A DNA stretch of 63,142 nucleotides, filler included, from Hausera hauseri (lineage: Eukaryota): the NCBI GenBank assembly GCA_046269625.1. It is 10 parts of 10 records of this genome, joined end to end, with 100 filler letters (N's around TTAATTAATTAA, not from the genome) between each part and the next. Parts side by side here need not be neighbours in the genome. Positions count along the whole stretch, not along the records: positions 1 to 12,211 come from JBJURY010042221.1; positions 12,312 to 16,271 come from JBJURY010857078.1; 8 more parts are not named here. The stretch is one strand, 5' to 3'. The notes under the pieces were generated by a model. The model was given only the letters and a program-made list of their open reading frames with translations. It was not told the origin of the DNA and did not search any database. Position 1 is the stretch's first letter, and every line of letters begins with the position of its first letter. The position numbers were made by a program, and so were the translations under genes. Shown here one piece after another: positions 1 to 13,179 of the stretch.

Positions 1-1030
1 ATAAACTAGGAGAAATTCAAGTCAATGCAATTCGAAAGAATTTGAAAGCAAATCTTTTTGTTCTGTTGAAGCATCCAGGTTCTCATGAAGTGCGAAATCA
101 GATAACAACATTACTCAGTGATTTAGGTGCCACACAATCAGAGATTTCACGTTGTCTACCGAAATACGACGACGGTGGAACAGGAAAACGAAAGAGGAAA
201 GATGAAACAAGTTCGGTATCTAAACCAATGCAACTCTATTCTTTGAATATGCAGGGCCTTAATGAAAACATTATTCGTCGATTCGGTAATATGCATTTTG
301 AAGTCAAGGTTGAAAAGAAAAGTAACTACGTTGAAGAGTTATTAAGGGAATTAATTCCGAAGCTCAATATTGTTGTTAATGTCGCTGATCTTGTGTTGAT
401 GAGTATGACGCTCTTACCGGAATCAATGCCACCGGTTTTCCAATCTGCATACACGCCAATAGCTGCTGCCGGCACTCAGACACAAATATCCCATTTGTCC
501 AGACTTCTGGCTGCCCAAATCGTATCGGCCAATTACTTTTCAGTGGAAGCACAACGGCAAAGTGAATCAGAGTATGAAATAGGAAGACGACCTGATTTTT
601 GATGACGCTAATGTTCGTCCATTGAAAAGTACAGTATCGTTTCCGTTTCCAATTGACAGCAAAAAGCACCAACTTCGTCATCTTTATTTGGAAGCTGTTG
701 CCGAGGCAAATCACGATCCACTCAGTTCGATAATGATCGTTTCGTATAAGCGTATCCTTGAAATACCGGTTCTCGATGGCGTACTTGATCGGTGTCGTAA
801 TAATGCTAATATTTCTTAGACTGGCATGGCGTACTATTATTCAATTGATAGTTGTAATTTGCCGCCTTGGTACTTTAATCGGAATAAGATACTTACGACG
901 TTACCATCGTCAATTTTTGGTGATGCTGAGCTCTACTTATTTAAAGGCATACGCATTGGCTGACATCAAAAATCGTTTTGACATTATTTCTGCTCTTGTG
1001 ATGCAAAGGTTCATAAAATTCAAAGCATTT
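1..1030 (+). pseudogene. SYMPK: Symplekin internal fragment, intronless and frameshifted
   Basis: ORF 42-602 segments LKANLFVLLKHPGS..QITTLLSDLG and NVADLVLMSMTLLPESMPPVFQSAYTPIAAAGTQTQISHLSRLLAAQ resemble human symplekin ([71 protein letters not shown]). YLKAYALADIKNRFDII (~940-990) resembles [20 protein letters not shown]. Stops and frameshifts lie between segments. Confidence 0.85.
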
Positions 1031-1576
1031 CAATTAGCACCGGCTAGCAATGAAGACAAGGGACACACACCCCGACTCAAAGAGACTAAAGAAAAGTATA
1101 ATTCACCTACAGATGCTAAAGAAGCCGACATACAAGATGCGCTAATAAGATTATTTCAGCAATATCTCGCACAACAACAGATCCACATGACACAAACTCC
1201 TAGGTATATGTCGGGTATGTTTTCAAGGCCGCCAACTTTAATGGGTCGGCCACTTCAAAATCTAAATCAAATATTGAATCATTGGAAAGCCATGCAAATA
1301 GGATCATCTGATGATCAGATTGCTAACTATGAACAACATAGTCCATATATACTTAGAAGATCAGACAAAACCGGTGCGCTATCTGATGATCCACTAAGAT
1401 GCATGATTGAATACCTTTTGGACCCGTCATACATGAAACCTGATGAAATGTTTACAATTTTGGAATTTCTCTCTGAACAAACTATGCATATCGATGTTTG
1501 GGACGATAAATATAAGAATTTCAATTCATTTCCAAAACCATATTTTTATGGAGCAAATGAAACGGACACCAATAGC

Positions 1577-2120
1577 AGTGATGTTCATAATGACATTCAA
1601 TCCCATTTTATTTTGGTACTATCCTATTCTCGTACCGACGAATTAAGTCGTTGGTTCATTAACCAAAATGTTGTTTTGTTTGAATACTGTTTTTCTGCAC
1701 ACCAAAAAGATGTCTTTAAACAGTTCCTCAGAGAACAAAATTTATATGGAAATTGTCAACGATCCTGTTGTCAAAATGAAACATTCAAATATAACATATA
1801 TTTTACATGGAGTTAAATTTCAAGCAGTTTCCGATTTGATTAAATCATGCAAAGTCTGTTCGAATAAAGGACTTGCATATATTTCCGAACATGAACTCGC
1901 CAATTATGTAGCAACGAATTCTGCAAACACGTCTCAATTTCTTAATTTTCGCCTGAATTGGTCACAAGCCGAAGAAGTCAGTCGTTTGAATTTTTCGTTC
2001 ACTATTGACAAGAATCACTTTGGTAGGGATTATTCCCAGACGGAAAAAACTAAAAAAATTGCCGCTAATCATACAACTTCATTGAGTAAAACATCTTTTC
2101 CGCCATGCATGCAGCTATTG
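1577..2120 (+). pseudogene. PRIM2: DNA primase large subunit (p58) fragment, copy 1
   Basis: DIQSHFILVLSYSRTDELSRWFINQNVVLFEYCFS, VKFQAVSDLIKSCKVCSNKGLAYI and SLSKTSFPPCMQLL resemble PRIM2 [39 protein letters not shown] and LSTKSFPPCMRQL. Frameshifted; ends at the first Fe-S-domain cysteine. Confidence 0.85.
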
Positions 2121-2286
2121 TTACATCAACAAAAACTGCTGTCAACCAGTGAGGTTATCAGTATTAGACTGCAGAATGGAGCGAGTAAGAAGATCGATTA
2201 CAGACATCCGTCAAAAAGCGCCAAGCAGATTAGATTCGATGAAAACCAGACGACATATAACGAATTGGTGGGCTTGTTCAAAGAGT
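1577..2286 (+). repeat. ~710-bp dispersed direct repeat (partner 11493-12211)
   Basis: Colinear, near-identical sequence from agtgatgttcataatgacattcaatcc to ttcaaagagt at both sites. Upstream flanks differ, and the second copy runs into the contig end. Confidence 0.95.
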
Positions 2287-2952
2287 TGTTGAGTACGCAG
2301 ATCGTTCGTAGGACGACACGACGTGAGAAAGTCGATCTGCAGTGCCCACATTGCAAAACGACACTGCTATCTGTGGCGAAAGCAGCGCACGATGAGATGA
2401 GATTCTTCATTGCGTTCTATTTGTCAGGCAACTATTTTTTTAATTTTCTTGGTATTAAAAATTCCTTTTTCATTTTTCTCGCTTATATTTTTGTTCTCAA
2501 CATGTCTGGTACATCATTACCCCTTTTAAACTTAGCTCTCCGTTGCGGTTGTCCTTTACAGCCCATTTACTTCGATAGTTCAGATTTTTGTCTATATGTG
2601 CGCAACAGTACTCTTCAGTTCCAAGTAAATCACAGCGTGACCGACTACCGACCTATCCGTCCAACGCCAGTGGGTCCCACACCGTGGTTTGTTCCATTGC
2701 CACACTACCCAATAGGGCCTGTGCCACCCCTTTCGTTTTACCTTGTATTAAATAATTCTCCAATATTGACGCACAATACAATATACAACATAGACACACG
2801 GTACTTATACAAATATGTAGAACATTTTACTGCCCTTTCATACTTTTACTTAACCCTTAATAATATACCACTCATTAATGCCAATGTCCGCAATTTTTTT
2901 CTCCTCCAACTCCACACATCGTTTTTCATGTACATTTGCGCATACGTTGTGG

Positions 2953-5900
2953 AATGGACTCTTCACCCACCGTTGACACCACTAACAAAACTACCTCTAA
3001 AACATCACATTTTGCTTTTGACCAAAAATCGTCGACCGTCACGACGCCATCTACTTTCACTAGCTATACATCTTCCACCCCGCCAGCCAAACACACTTCT
3101 TCTCAATGTACGGAGTATTTTATCGATTAGGAAAAATTCAGCACAACGTGGTTCAGCTTTCACAAACTTTGACTGCAGTCTAATAACATTACTGATCCCT
3201 AGCAAAAGCTTATTGTTTGCTTTGTCTCTTACCAAACACAGTTAAGTCTTTTCTTCACAACATTTTAGACATGTTTCAAAAATCAAACCCGTACACACAT
3301 CTCTATAACGCAGTCTTAAAATTTACTGAACCGTCTATAGATTCCATAATCCATAGATTCTTTAATGATAATGGCATGGGAACACAAAAGCCTTCTAAGT
3401 TCCTGCGTACGTCGTTGGCTCACCTACAAACATTCAGTGTAACTAGGCAACATAATTCAGACCTTCTGCGACGATATTTCTTAAACGTGTTATCTATACA
3501 AATTACAGCTCTCCTTACCGTTATCAAGGAATCTACAGCATTGGATAAATTGGCGTAATTGGCTGATAAAGCACATGAAGTGCTACAATTAAATTCCCAA
3601 CCAATTGTATCAGCAGCAGCCAAAACAAGCGGCAATCAACTCAGTGCAACAATAGAGCAACAATTGAGCCAATTATGCGCTGAAAATTTAGCACTATAAC
3701 AGACAATAAATAAAATAAACAATAGGTTGAACAATCTTTCATTACCACGACGAAGTGTTCCTATTCATAATCATACTCGTTCTCTCTCCAAAAACAGGTC
3801 ACCATCACCTACACGATCTTTTATGTGCCATTATCATAGAAAATTTCATAATAAAGCTAATAAATGCTGTTTAGGGTGTAGATATTACACTCCAAATTTA
3901 CATTCAGACAAGATCGTTTGCACCATGCAAAATTTGAATTCCACGCACAGAAACGTCTTTCAGGCTGCAACTATAAGAACAACGCTAAAAATACTACCGA
4001 CAGACGTTCTATTTCTCTTGATAATAGTCGGCCAATCTCACCATTCCAGAAAAACTAATTTCGCTGCCAGTACTCACGGCAGAGTCTAACAAAGGCAACT
4101 TCTCCAATACTACCTGCCTACACACTTCCTTTTCAGTCTTTACACTAAAGGCTTCGATAACCACACAAACAACTCAATCCTTAGATTTCCTTATCGATAC
4201 AGGAGCCGCGGTTTCTTTGCTACCGCCCACTTTCCCTGTACAAAATTCACCATTCAAAGCAAAATCGTTATTTACGGCTTCAGAAGAACAGCTAGACATT
4301 TCGGGTACATGTAAATTGTCGTTCACCTTACCAAACTTTTAGCCCACGTTTCATTGGATATTTACCTTCGCTAACGTCCGCACAGCAATCCTACATTTGG
4401 ATTTCTTGTCGCACTATAATCTTTTAATTGATTGCAAACAACAGTGTCTAAAACTTAACACTACTGGACATCTTGCCGAGCAGATAAATAGTATCTCCCC
4501 TAAGGCGCAAACGATCTTCCAGCGGAAGCCTATACTCAAAAATCCTGTAAGTAATCCAAATCCCTTCAACCAGCACTTTTCATTTCGTAAATTTTTTAAC
4601 GATAATGTGGATATTCAGTCGAGATTTGGTTTTGACAGCTAGGTTTGTGTTGGTTCAGTACATTGTCTAGACAAAATTACCTCTTAAACACTATTTTTAA
4701 TACTACTATCCTACATAAAATTTCCCTTGATTTCAATAACTCGCAAACATCACTCGTCACCGCACATATTGACTCAACACCATCGCCATCACCCAACCTC
4801 TCGCAATTGCCTGCAAGTCTACTGCAATACATACACACTTCATATCCCCGCTTAATACAGAAGTACCGAAACTTCACACCTACAAACAGCACTTTTCATC
4901 ACATTATAACGCAACATCAAGGACCTATTCGTCGAAAGGTACGTCCACTGTCACCTCGTCGTAGGCAAGCTGTCGAAGCGGAATTTCTAAACCTTGAATG
5001 TTCCGGCATTGTACGAATATCTAAATCGCCGTGGTCTTCGCTTTTACACGTTGTCCAAAAAAGATGGATTATTCCGACCATGCGGTGATTACCGTCAGCT
5101 AAACACTTTAACCGTTATGGATGCATATCCTTTACCATTATTTAAGGATATCCTACACCGGCTCAATTCAACCACAGTATATTTAACCATAGACTTAGCC
5201 AAGGCATATCATCAAATTACTGTAACACATGAGGACATCGAGAAAACTGCAGTTACGACACCTTTCGGACTGTATGAATACATTTATATGCCTTTTGCTT
5301 TACGCAACGCTGCGCAGACTTTCCAACGTCACATCGACTTCGTCCTCTCGGATTTCACTTTTGCGCATCTATATATCAACGATATCTTGATTGCTTCGTC
5401 TTGTACCAAACAGCATGAGGAACACCTTTGTTTCATTTTTAACGACTTAACCGCCACAATTTACAAATTAATTTTACAAAAAATGTCGCTTCTTCCGAAA
5501 GCGTATTAACTTCCTCGGACACATCATTTCAGCAAATGGTCATTTTTCTCAGCCAAAACGTGTTAAAGCTATCAAAAGTATACAACTACCACGAAGAACA
5601 ACAAAAATGAAAAGTTTTTTGGAAACTTTGCACTTCCTTCACAAGTATGTGCCGTATTACTCTGAACTTACCGCACCATTGGCTCATTTAAGTGGTGGCA
5701 AAAAACATCAGCAAATTCAGTGGACACCTAATCTGGTTGATAAGTTTGATAAGCTACGCGAAGGAATTAAGACCGTCGACATTCTCGCTTTCCCCAAGCC
5801 TGATGCGGAACTCATCCTTACTACAGACGCTTCAACTGCTGTGCTTTACCAAATACACAAAGGAGAAAATCAAGAACTAAAATTTTTTTCTCGTAAGCTA

Positions 5901-7871
5901 ACGTCCCCTGAGACTCGATATTCAACGTGCGATCGAGAATTATTGGCCATAGTTCTCGCTCTAAAGCATTTCTCCCAACTACTTGTCGCTCACCGTTTTA
6001 CCATACAGACCGATCACAAGCCCTTGCTAAACATCATGACTATGAAACATCCTTCTTTACGCCAATAACGACAGATCATATCTGTCGACATTTAACTTTG
6101 ACATATTTATGGGGTTAATAATTTGGTTGCCGATTTTCTATTTAGGACGGTTGGTTTGATTAATTTTTCACCAGTCTTTTGTCAAGTACAACTCCAACAG
6201 AACCAGCCACCTCAGTATATGCTTAGTTCTTTTAAATTTTACACATTTATTGACGGCGTGGCTTTAAACACTTCTAAACCAGGTCATTCCTTAATAATTC
6301 TCGCACCACCTTTACAACGGCAAGCGTTTAACAATGTACATTCACTGCACCATCCTGGTGCTAAGGCAACTTTTCGCTTACTCCACCGACAAGTATTATG
6401 GCCGACTATGCGTTCTGATGTACAAGCGTGGGTTAAGGAGTGTGTGGCTTTCAAGAAATTTAAAATCACCAAACATCTGAAGCCACCACTATATCATTTC
6501 CCTTGCACATCACGCTTCGAGTCAGTTCATGTTGACCTAGTTGGCCCTCTTCTTCCTGACAACGGTCATCAGTTCATTTTGTCCATGATGGATCGTTCCT
6601 CACTTTGGCCAGAAGCTCTTCCACTACGAAGAACTAACACGGACATAATAGCCGACTTTTTCATATGCACTTGGATCAGCAGATTAGGATCCCCTAGATT
6701 TATTTCTACAGACCAAGGTACTTAGTTTGAGTCCAATTTGTTTAAATCTCTCGTTAACCGATTAGGAATTAGCCATATACACACATCACCGTATCACTCC
6801 CAATTGAGTGGTCTTCTAGAGAGATTTCACAGAACACTAAAAACGTCACTGAGATTTCTTGCAGAATCCAATAGCAGTTGGACTACTATTCTTCCGCTGG
6901 TTCTTCTGGGTTGACACAACACCCCTTCTATTTCTACTGGTTGTTCACCTACGGAAGCCCTCTTCGGAACACCTATACGTCCATTATTGTAGTTAACTGC
7001 TTTGGAAGACATACTTACAGACGAAGCTACTCGAACGGCACAGGACCATTTTGTCTCAGTCAGTAAATATTCATTCTGCAGGATAAAAATAACAACAATA
7101 CGTACCTACCAGAGGATTTATACTTGCAAAGTGCGTCTGGTTAAAAACCAGACGCTGTGCGGTTTTCAACGACGGAATTTGGGCCTTACAGACTCGTTCA
7201 ATTGCATTCCGACAATGCTATTATATTTAAAGACGGCACGGAACTAGCGGTGCATATCAACAACGTAAAGCCTACTTTTTTCGTTGATGATGCCCCTCAA
7301 ATAGAATCTTCCACGCCTATTCTGACTCTACCGCCTTTTGCCTTTCAGTTACTCCAACCACTACCACCTTCCCCATCCCAAACCCAACACCTACCCCTTT
7401 ACTAGATCCTACTCCAAAAACCCGTTCTACTAACCTACCCACTTTTCTTCCCTTTTCACTTTCATTTTCCCCTCCAACCCATTCCTTGTCTCTGAAAGAT
7501 ATATCACCTCCAACGACGACGTCCGACATTGTTTTATCTCAATCAACTTGTCAACCAGATTCAATTAAACTAAAAAGCGCAAATTCGTGTCATTCAGTAC
7601 CTACAGTAAAGATATTAAACTTACAGGGGTACAACGTCTTATTCACACAAAAACCTCCTAGATGGCCTGCACTGTTCAACCACATTTTTCTCTTTTCTTA
7701 CCCTATAATCTCTTCTTTGCCACGGGGGCATAATGTTGTGCCTAACAAGAACTTTTATATACTCTGTTTTGTTTTCTCATTCGTTGTTATTTGTTTGTAA
7801 TTCTCGACGAATTGATACGCTTCTGCTGTCTGCACCTCATCGTGCCAAAATATCTCATCAGGTCCACAACA
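2953..7871 (+). mobile_element. Decayed Ty3/Gypsy LTR retrotransposon (gag-PR-RT-RH-IN, 3' LTR)
   Basis: Gag has a CHYHRKF..ANKC..GC motif. Protease FLIDTGAAVS (~4190); RT RPCGDYRQLN, IDLAKAYHQI, MPFALRNAAQTFQ, YINDILI; RNase H TTDAS..DRELLAI..TDHKPL; integrase HSLHHPG..ECVAF, VHVDLVGPL, STDQG. Many stops and frameshifts. No 5' LTR is recognisable. Confidence 0.95.
7734..7871 (+). repeat. Putative short 3' LTR (138 bp)
   Basis: Starts TGTTGTG and ends CACAACA (7-bp terminal inverted repeat). It follows a G-run (acgggggcataa) downstream of integrase. Confidence 0.65.
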
Positions 7872-8789
7872 GCCCAGATTTATAGATCCCTATTTGAAAT
7901 TTGACTCGATGACTCAGTTTACAACAGAAAGATTTCCTTGTATCCGCATACCACACCAAAATACTGGATACCCTCAATCCAGAATGTACAACACGTCAAT
8001 TATTATTCTATGATGGTATAGGTAATATTCACTAACCATCGGAAGGCGAATGCCAAATAAATTCCAATCAAATAGACTTGAGCGATTAAGAAACAGGTGT
8101 TAGCGTCATGTTTTAATTACTGTATATGAGGACACCATGAAATCAACGCTAGATTAATGTGGCGGGGGGTGATTCGTTACGCAATGTTCTGACAATATTC
8201 AAAAATCAATAACTGCAACAAAGATCAAAGACAGGCTAACCGATAAGTCAAGAAAAACACGTACTTGTTTCAATTGCTAATGCTCTTATTCAATAATGCC
8301 AAAATTTATTCATTTCTAATTTACAAAGCCGTGATAAAAATTATCATTTCATGCAACATTATGTAAGCTTGGTTTAAACGTTTCAATGTTTTTTAAAAGT
8401 TCTATACTTCCATAACGTTAAAGGAACGTAAAGAAATGCGTGGTTCCTGTACGTCATCTCAAATTGCATATCTCGTAGCCATATAGACATAAATTCATGT
8501 TTATTGATTTAGTGGAATTTAAAATATATAATTTGTTGTTATACTTCCGTTCTTTTGTTAAATGATGGAACTAAGTAAAATTGCGAATTTACTATGGTGT
8601 CAGAAGATTTATTTATCATTTCGTATTTATCAAAAATATGATTTGAGAGGAAATTATGATGCTGGATCCGAAAGACGAGAAAATAAATGTAAAACATTGA
8701 ATTTAACAAAACTGGTTAATCATTCAGATTCGAATTATGATTTTTCCAACAGCTCTTCAAATTTAACACAGATGAATGAAAATAACAGT

Positions 8790-10520
8790 CTCAGTCGTAG
8801 ATATTTACTTGAAATTATTAATCTTTGTCGTCAAAAAAGTAATTGGGCAGCTTTACTTAGTCCGCTGGAAAATGTATTTTCATCTAAAGTCTTTCCAAGA
8901 GTTTTCTTTATGATTTCAGTTTTGATTCCAGTGAGTCTGATGGTGATAGTGAATCGGTAGTTGAAAAAGCTGACTGAAAACAGGTAGAAAGAACAAATAA
9001 TCCGTCCCAGTTCTCATTTTTATACCGTCGATGTTAACAGTGTTCGTAAAACATTCAAGACCTTATTCAGTCTCAATGATGTTGATTACTTTACGAGTAT
9101 TCGAAAAGGATTAAATCAGCTTGTTCAAAATATTAAGCGGAACAGCGAATTTTACAATCGAGAAAAACCATTTGAAACAATGAATTTTTAATCATTTTAT
9201 CTGTAAATCCCTATCTAAGCGATATTTAGAAATTCGAAATCATTTTACCGTTGGTTTGTGAAATTGTTCCATTGCTTCCGATTGAAGCTCAAGCTGAATT
9301 AACGGAAATTTTAGCGGAAAATATTTAAAGAGGGCAATCGATTATTGCTGCTCCATCAAGCCTTACAGCAGAGAATTACTTTGAGACGTCTTACGACTGA
9401 ATACGATTCAACATATGTTTTGAATCAGGATCGAGAAATTATCAATACGGAGTATACGATTGAATGTGTTTATTATGCAAGTATACTGGACGGTTCAGTG
9501 GACTCGGTTGATCAATTGGAGTCTGAACGAGAGTATAATAAAAGATAATCAATGAACATCAATCATTCCAAATCACGATACCATAAGGACATTGCAAGTA
9601 TCTTGATGATCCCTGCCATGGATTGTCGATTTCCATTAATTCTGTACGATGGTTTTATTAACGAAACTCTAAATGAAAATGTCAATATTGAAAATGATTA
9701 CGTTTGTTACAAGGCTGGGAAAGACTTCAGTTTTGTCAAATATTCATTTTTACTCAACACCAATACGAAACGAATTCCTTTGTTTTGCAATAGAATTCGA
9801 ATGCGTGCCGATTATTCGGAATCGCCATTTTTGTCTAATCTTATTCATAGTCTCTGAAAATTATCGTTGATAGAGATAATTTGGTTGATGATACATTGAA
9901 TGCGCTTGAATATAAAATTTCCAGAAACTTAGACAACTTAAATAAGCGCCTTTACATAGAATTTCGAAATGAAGAAACTGTTGACGAAGGCGGTGTTAGC
10001 AAAGAATTCTATCAGTTGATTTTCGAAAAGATTTTTAATCCTGATCATGTAATGTTTGTTTTTAATGACGAAACCAATTTATTTTGGTTCAATCCATTTC
10101 TTATGGAAGACATGTCGCGGGAATTGAAATTGATTGCTATTATTTTGGGATTTGCCATTTACTTCGGTGTTACACCGGATTTGAAACTACCTCCTGTTTT
10201 ACATAGTAAGTTGATGGGGAAGTTAGGGAATTTCGAAAATTTAAAAATTACTAATCCGAGTTTGGCCGTTGGACTTGAAGGCCTCTTAGAATGTGATAGA
10301 GATATGGTAACCAGTGTTTTGATCAAAATTTCGAAATAGCCGTTAAAGATTCCTTTGGTAATATTGTGATAAAAAAACTTAAGAAAAATGTTAAAAGAAT
10401 TTCTTTAAATGGAGACAATAGAGAATAATTCATAATGCTTTACACCGATTACTTATTGAATTATTCAATCAAGGAACAATTGAATGCTTTCTATGAATGC
10501 TTCCAAATGGTAGTTGATGA
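8790..10520 (+). pseudogene. UBE3A: UBE3A/E6AP-like HECT E3 ligase, intronless, truncated before the catalytic C-lobe
   Basis: Colinear segments resemble E6AP: LEIINLCRQKSNWAALL..VFSS; LQQRITLR; DCRFPLILYDGFINETLNE; FSFVKYSFLLN..NRIRM; LNKRLYIEFRNEETVDEGGVSKEFYQLIFEKIFNPD; LYTDYLLNYSIKEQLNAFYECFQMV. Multiple stops; homology ends at ~10520. Confidence 0.92.
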
Positions 10521-11492
10521 GATCCCTAAAAATACATCAACTGGATTATATTTTGGTTTACCTAGGACATTAGTGGTTTTAACTGAACCCATCAAAAAAC
10601 ACTCAAATGTCACAAATATCGATAAAATGCTTTTGATGTATCATTATTTCACCCATAAAGAATTCGATTCATGCCAGTGGCTTATTCCAGAAAATTCTTT
10701 GATCCATGAAGATGACAAAATCACCGTTATAGAAAAAGGAGATGATGTGCTTATTCATCTAGAAAATCCAAGATTTGATGAATTTCAAAAATTTACTATT
10801 GACAATTTGAAAGTAGTTGTAGAACAATCACTTCTAGATTTCAAAGATCAACTTCAAAATGATATTCCTGAGAGAAAAATTATATCTGGAAAACAGACTG
10901 ATAAGGATAATGCATTGGTACATATAGTTCATAGACGTCTGAGGGTGTTACCAATGGCTATAAATGCTTGGCGGAAAATGACATTATCCATCCGAATGTT
11001 TCCAAATCTATTGGCAATAAGCAAACTGATTTAAGTAAAAATACTGATGAAAACAGCACTCTGTTGGACAAAAAGGTCATTGACATTAAACTTCCTGATT
11101 ATTTATGTTTAGCTTTGATTTTTATATTGGAATATGTAATTACTGAAACTATGTTTGATCCAACAATAAAGCTGCAATATGGAACGACACGTTCTTACCA
11201 ACAGACATATCAAATTCGCTATGCAGCCTATGAACCATTCACTCATAATTTATCATCTGAGACATTAAAAGACGGAATCCGCTTAGAATTTGAACTTGTC
11301 GGAGGTGCTTTTCATGCACCTGAACACTTTTTGTTGTACAAAACAATAGACGCAGACAAAACATCACATGAGAATGTCGAGCTCTCGGCAAAAGCAGATA
11401 CTATAATGAGGCTTTCAGCAGTATTTAGTGAAGATATCTTCAAACACAAAGAACCGCTCACTGCAATTTCTAATGTCACTCAAAGTAGTGCT

Positions 11493-12045
11493 AGTGATGT
11501 TCATAATGACATTCAATCCAATTTTATTTTGTTCCTATCCTATTCTCGTACCGATGAATTAAGTCGTTGGTTCATTTACTAAAAAGTTGTTTCGTTTGAA
11601 TATTGCTTTTCTACACACCAAAAAGTTGTCTTTAAACAGTTCCTCAGAGATAACAAAATTGACATGAAAATTGTCAGCGATCCTGTTGTCAAAACTAAAC
11701 ATTCAAATATAACCAATGTGTTACACAGAGTTAAATTTCAAGCAGTTACCGATTTGACTAAATCATGCAAAGTCTATTCGAATAAAGGATTTGCATATAT
11801 TACCGAAGATGAACTCGTCCATTATGTAGCAACGGAATTCCGCAAACACATGTCTCACAATTTCTTAATTTTGTGCCTGAATTGGTCACAAGCCGAAGAA
11901 GTCAGTCGTTTGAATTTTTTGTCCACTATTGACAAGACGCACTTTGGTAAGGATTATTCCCAGACGAAAAAAACTAAAAAAAATTACCGCTAATCATATA
12001 CCTTCATTGAGTAAAACTTCTTTTCCGCGATGGATGCAGCTGTTG
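11493..12045 (+). pseudogene. PRIM2: DNA primase large subunit fragment, copy 2
   Basis: Paralogue of 1577-2120 (DIQSNFILFLSYSRTDELSRWF; SLSKTSFPRWMQLL) with independent stops and frameshifts. Confidence 0.85.
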
Positions 12046-12211
12046 TTATATCAACAAAAACTGCTGTCAACCAGTGAGGTTATCAGTATTAGACTGCAGA
12101 GTGGAGTGAGTAAGAAGATCGATTACAGACGTCTGTCAAAAGGTGCCAAGCAGACTAGATTCGATGAAAATCAGACTACATATAACGAACTGGCGGGCTT
12201 ATTCAAAGAGT

Positions 12212-12311
12212 NNNNNNNNNNNNNNNNNNNNNNNNNNNNNNNNNNNNNNNNNNNNTTAATTAATTAANNNNNNNNNNNNNNNNNNNNNNNNNNNNNNNNN
12301 NNNNNNNNNNN
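12212..12311. other. Artificial contig-joining spacer
   Basis: N44 + TTAATTAATTAA (stops in all six frames) + N44. The same spacer occurs at 16272-16371, 20791-20890, 25303-25402, 32738-32837, 37071-37170, 47536-47635, 54362-54461 and 58875-58974. Confidence 0.98.
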
Positions 12312-12917
12312 CTGTATCACATTCTTTATTGTAGTAGTCACATTCAAGAAATGTCATCATTTTAACCGATTATAATTCGAATAGAACATCATTCTCTCAA
12401 TTCGATTTGATATCATTCGATGGCTACTACATTGCCCAAAATTTCGTCCTTTATATTGTATGATTCTCCTTTACAATATCCTGTTTTATCAATAGCTCCA
12501 GCGGCAAAAATTCTTTTGTTAATGACTTTTCCTTTTTGAGCCTTGAACCGAATGCTTCCAATATTGAATTGTTTAGTTACAAATGCTTCTACACACCCAT
12601 TTGCTTATCGGAAGTCGTTCGAAAGGAGTGGTTAGTTCTACTATAGCCGAATTTCTGTACCAATAACCACAAATAAAGTTAAAGTAATTCTTTCGCACGA
12701 AACATTCACTTGTTTTTGCAAATTCAATTCTTGTTAAACCTAATATTCTTTATTGGATACTGTAGTTAGTGATGCTTGATTGGCATGTGGACATTTTCTA
12801 GATCTAACAGAGAATATATTGGACCTTCTTTCGCTTGTCTGCAATCATAGGCAGTGATTGAAAAGGTTCTTGCCACGAGGTTAAATAGTACAAATGTGTA
12901 TAACTTTAATTAACCAT
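12312..12917 (-). pseudogene. N-terminal part of a class III (chuvirus/gB-type) fusion glycoprotein, env-like
   Basis: Manual minus-strand translation across frameshifts gives a hydrophobic leader LYTFVLFNLVARTFS, then ITAYDC..IYSLLDLE-C, ECFVRKNYFNFICG, IFAAGAIDKTGYCKGESY..GNVVAIE and ECDYYNKECD. The cysteine pattern fits chuvirus-like G (GYDC..SLLDV.EC; LAG.ID.DG.C.G..Y). Not present in the ORF track. Confidence 0.75.
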
Positions 12918-13179
12918 GATAAGTCGAAATCTGGCCGTTGATTTCGTTGTCATTCTTGCTGGTGAGATGGAGTATTTTCTGTTGTCTCTGAGTAAAAGGT
13001 ACCGATTTTTGTATTGTTGCCTGAATCAGAATACTAATCCATCCACCTCTACACTACGCATCCTTAGACATTAACCTTCAATGCTCTTGTGGCAATTTCT
13101 GTTTCTTTCTCTCCTCTTGGTTTGGATTTACACCATTCATTACCGTTATTTTATATGAGATAGGACATAGCTGTTACGA

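Noticed and set aside
2422-2950. 5' LTR of the contig-1 Gypsy element
   Set aside because: It has no similarity to the 7734-7871 LTR, no convincing PBS and no target-site duplication.
1668-3245. 525-aa ORF as a real gene
   Set aside because: It reads through a PRIM2 fragment, unknown sequence and retroelement leader/gag in a different frame, so it is a chance fusion.
12256-12267. Recurrent TTAATTAATTAA palindrome as a biological motif
   Set aside because: It is always centred in N44 flanks, so it is an assembly spacer.
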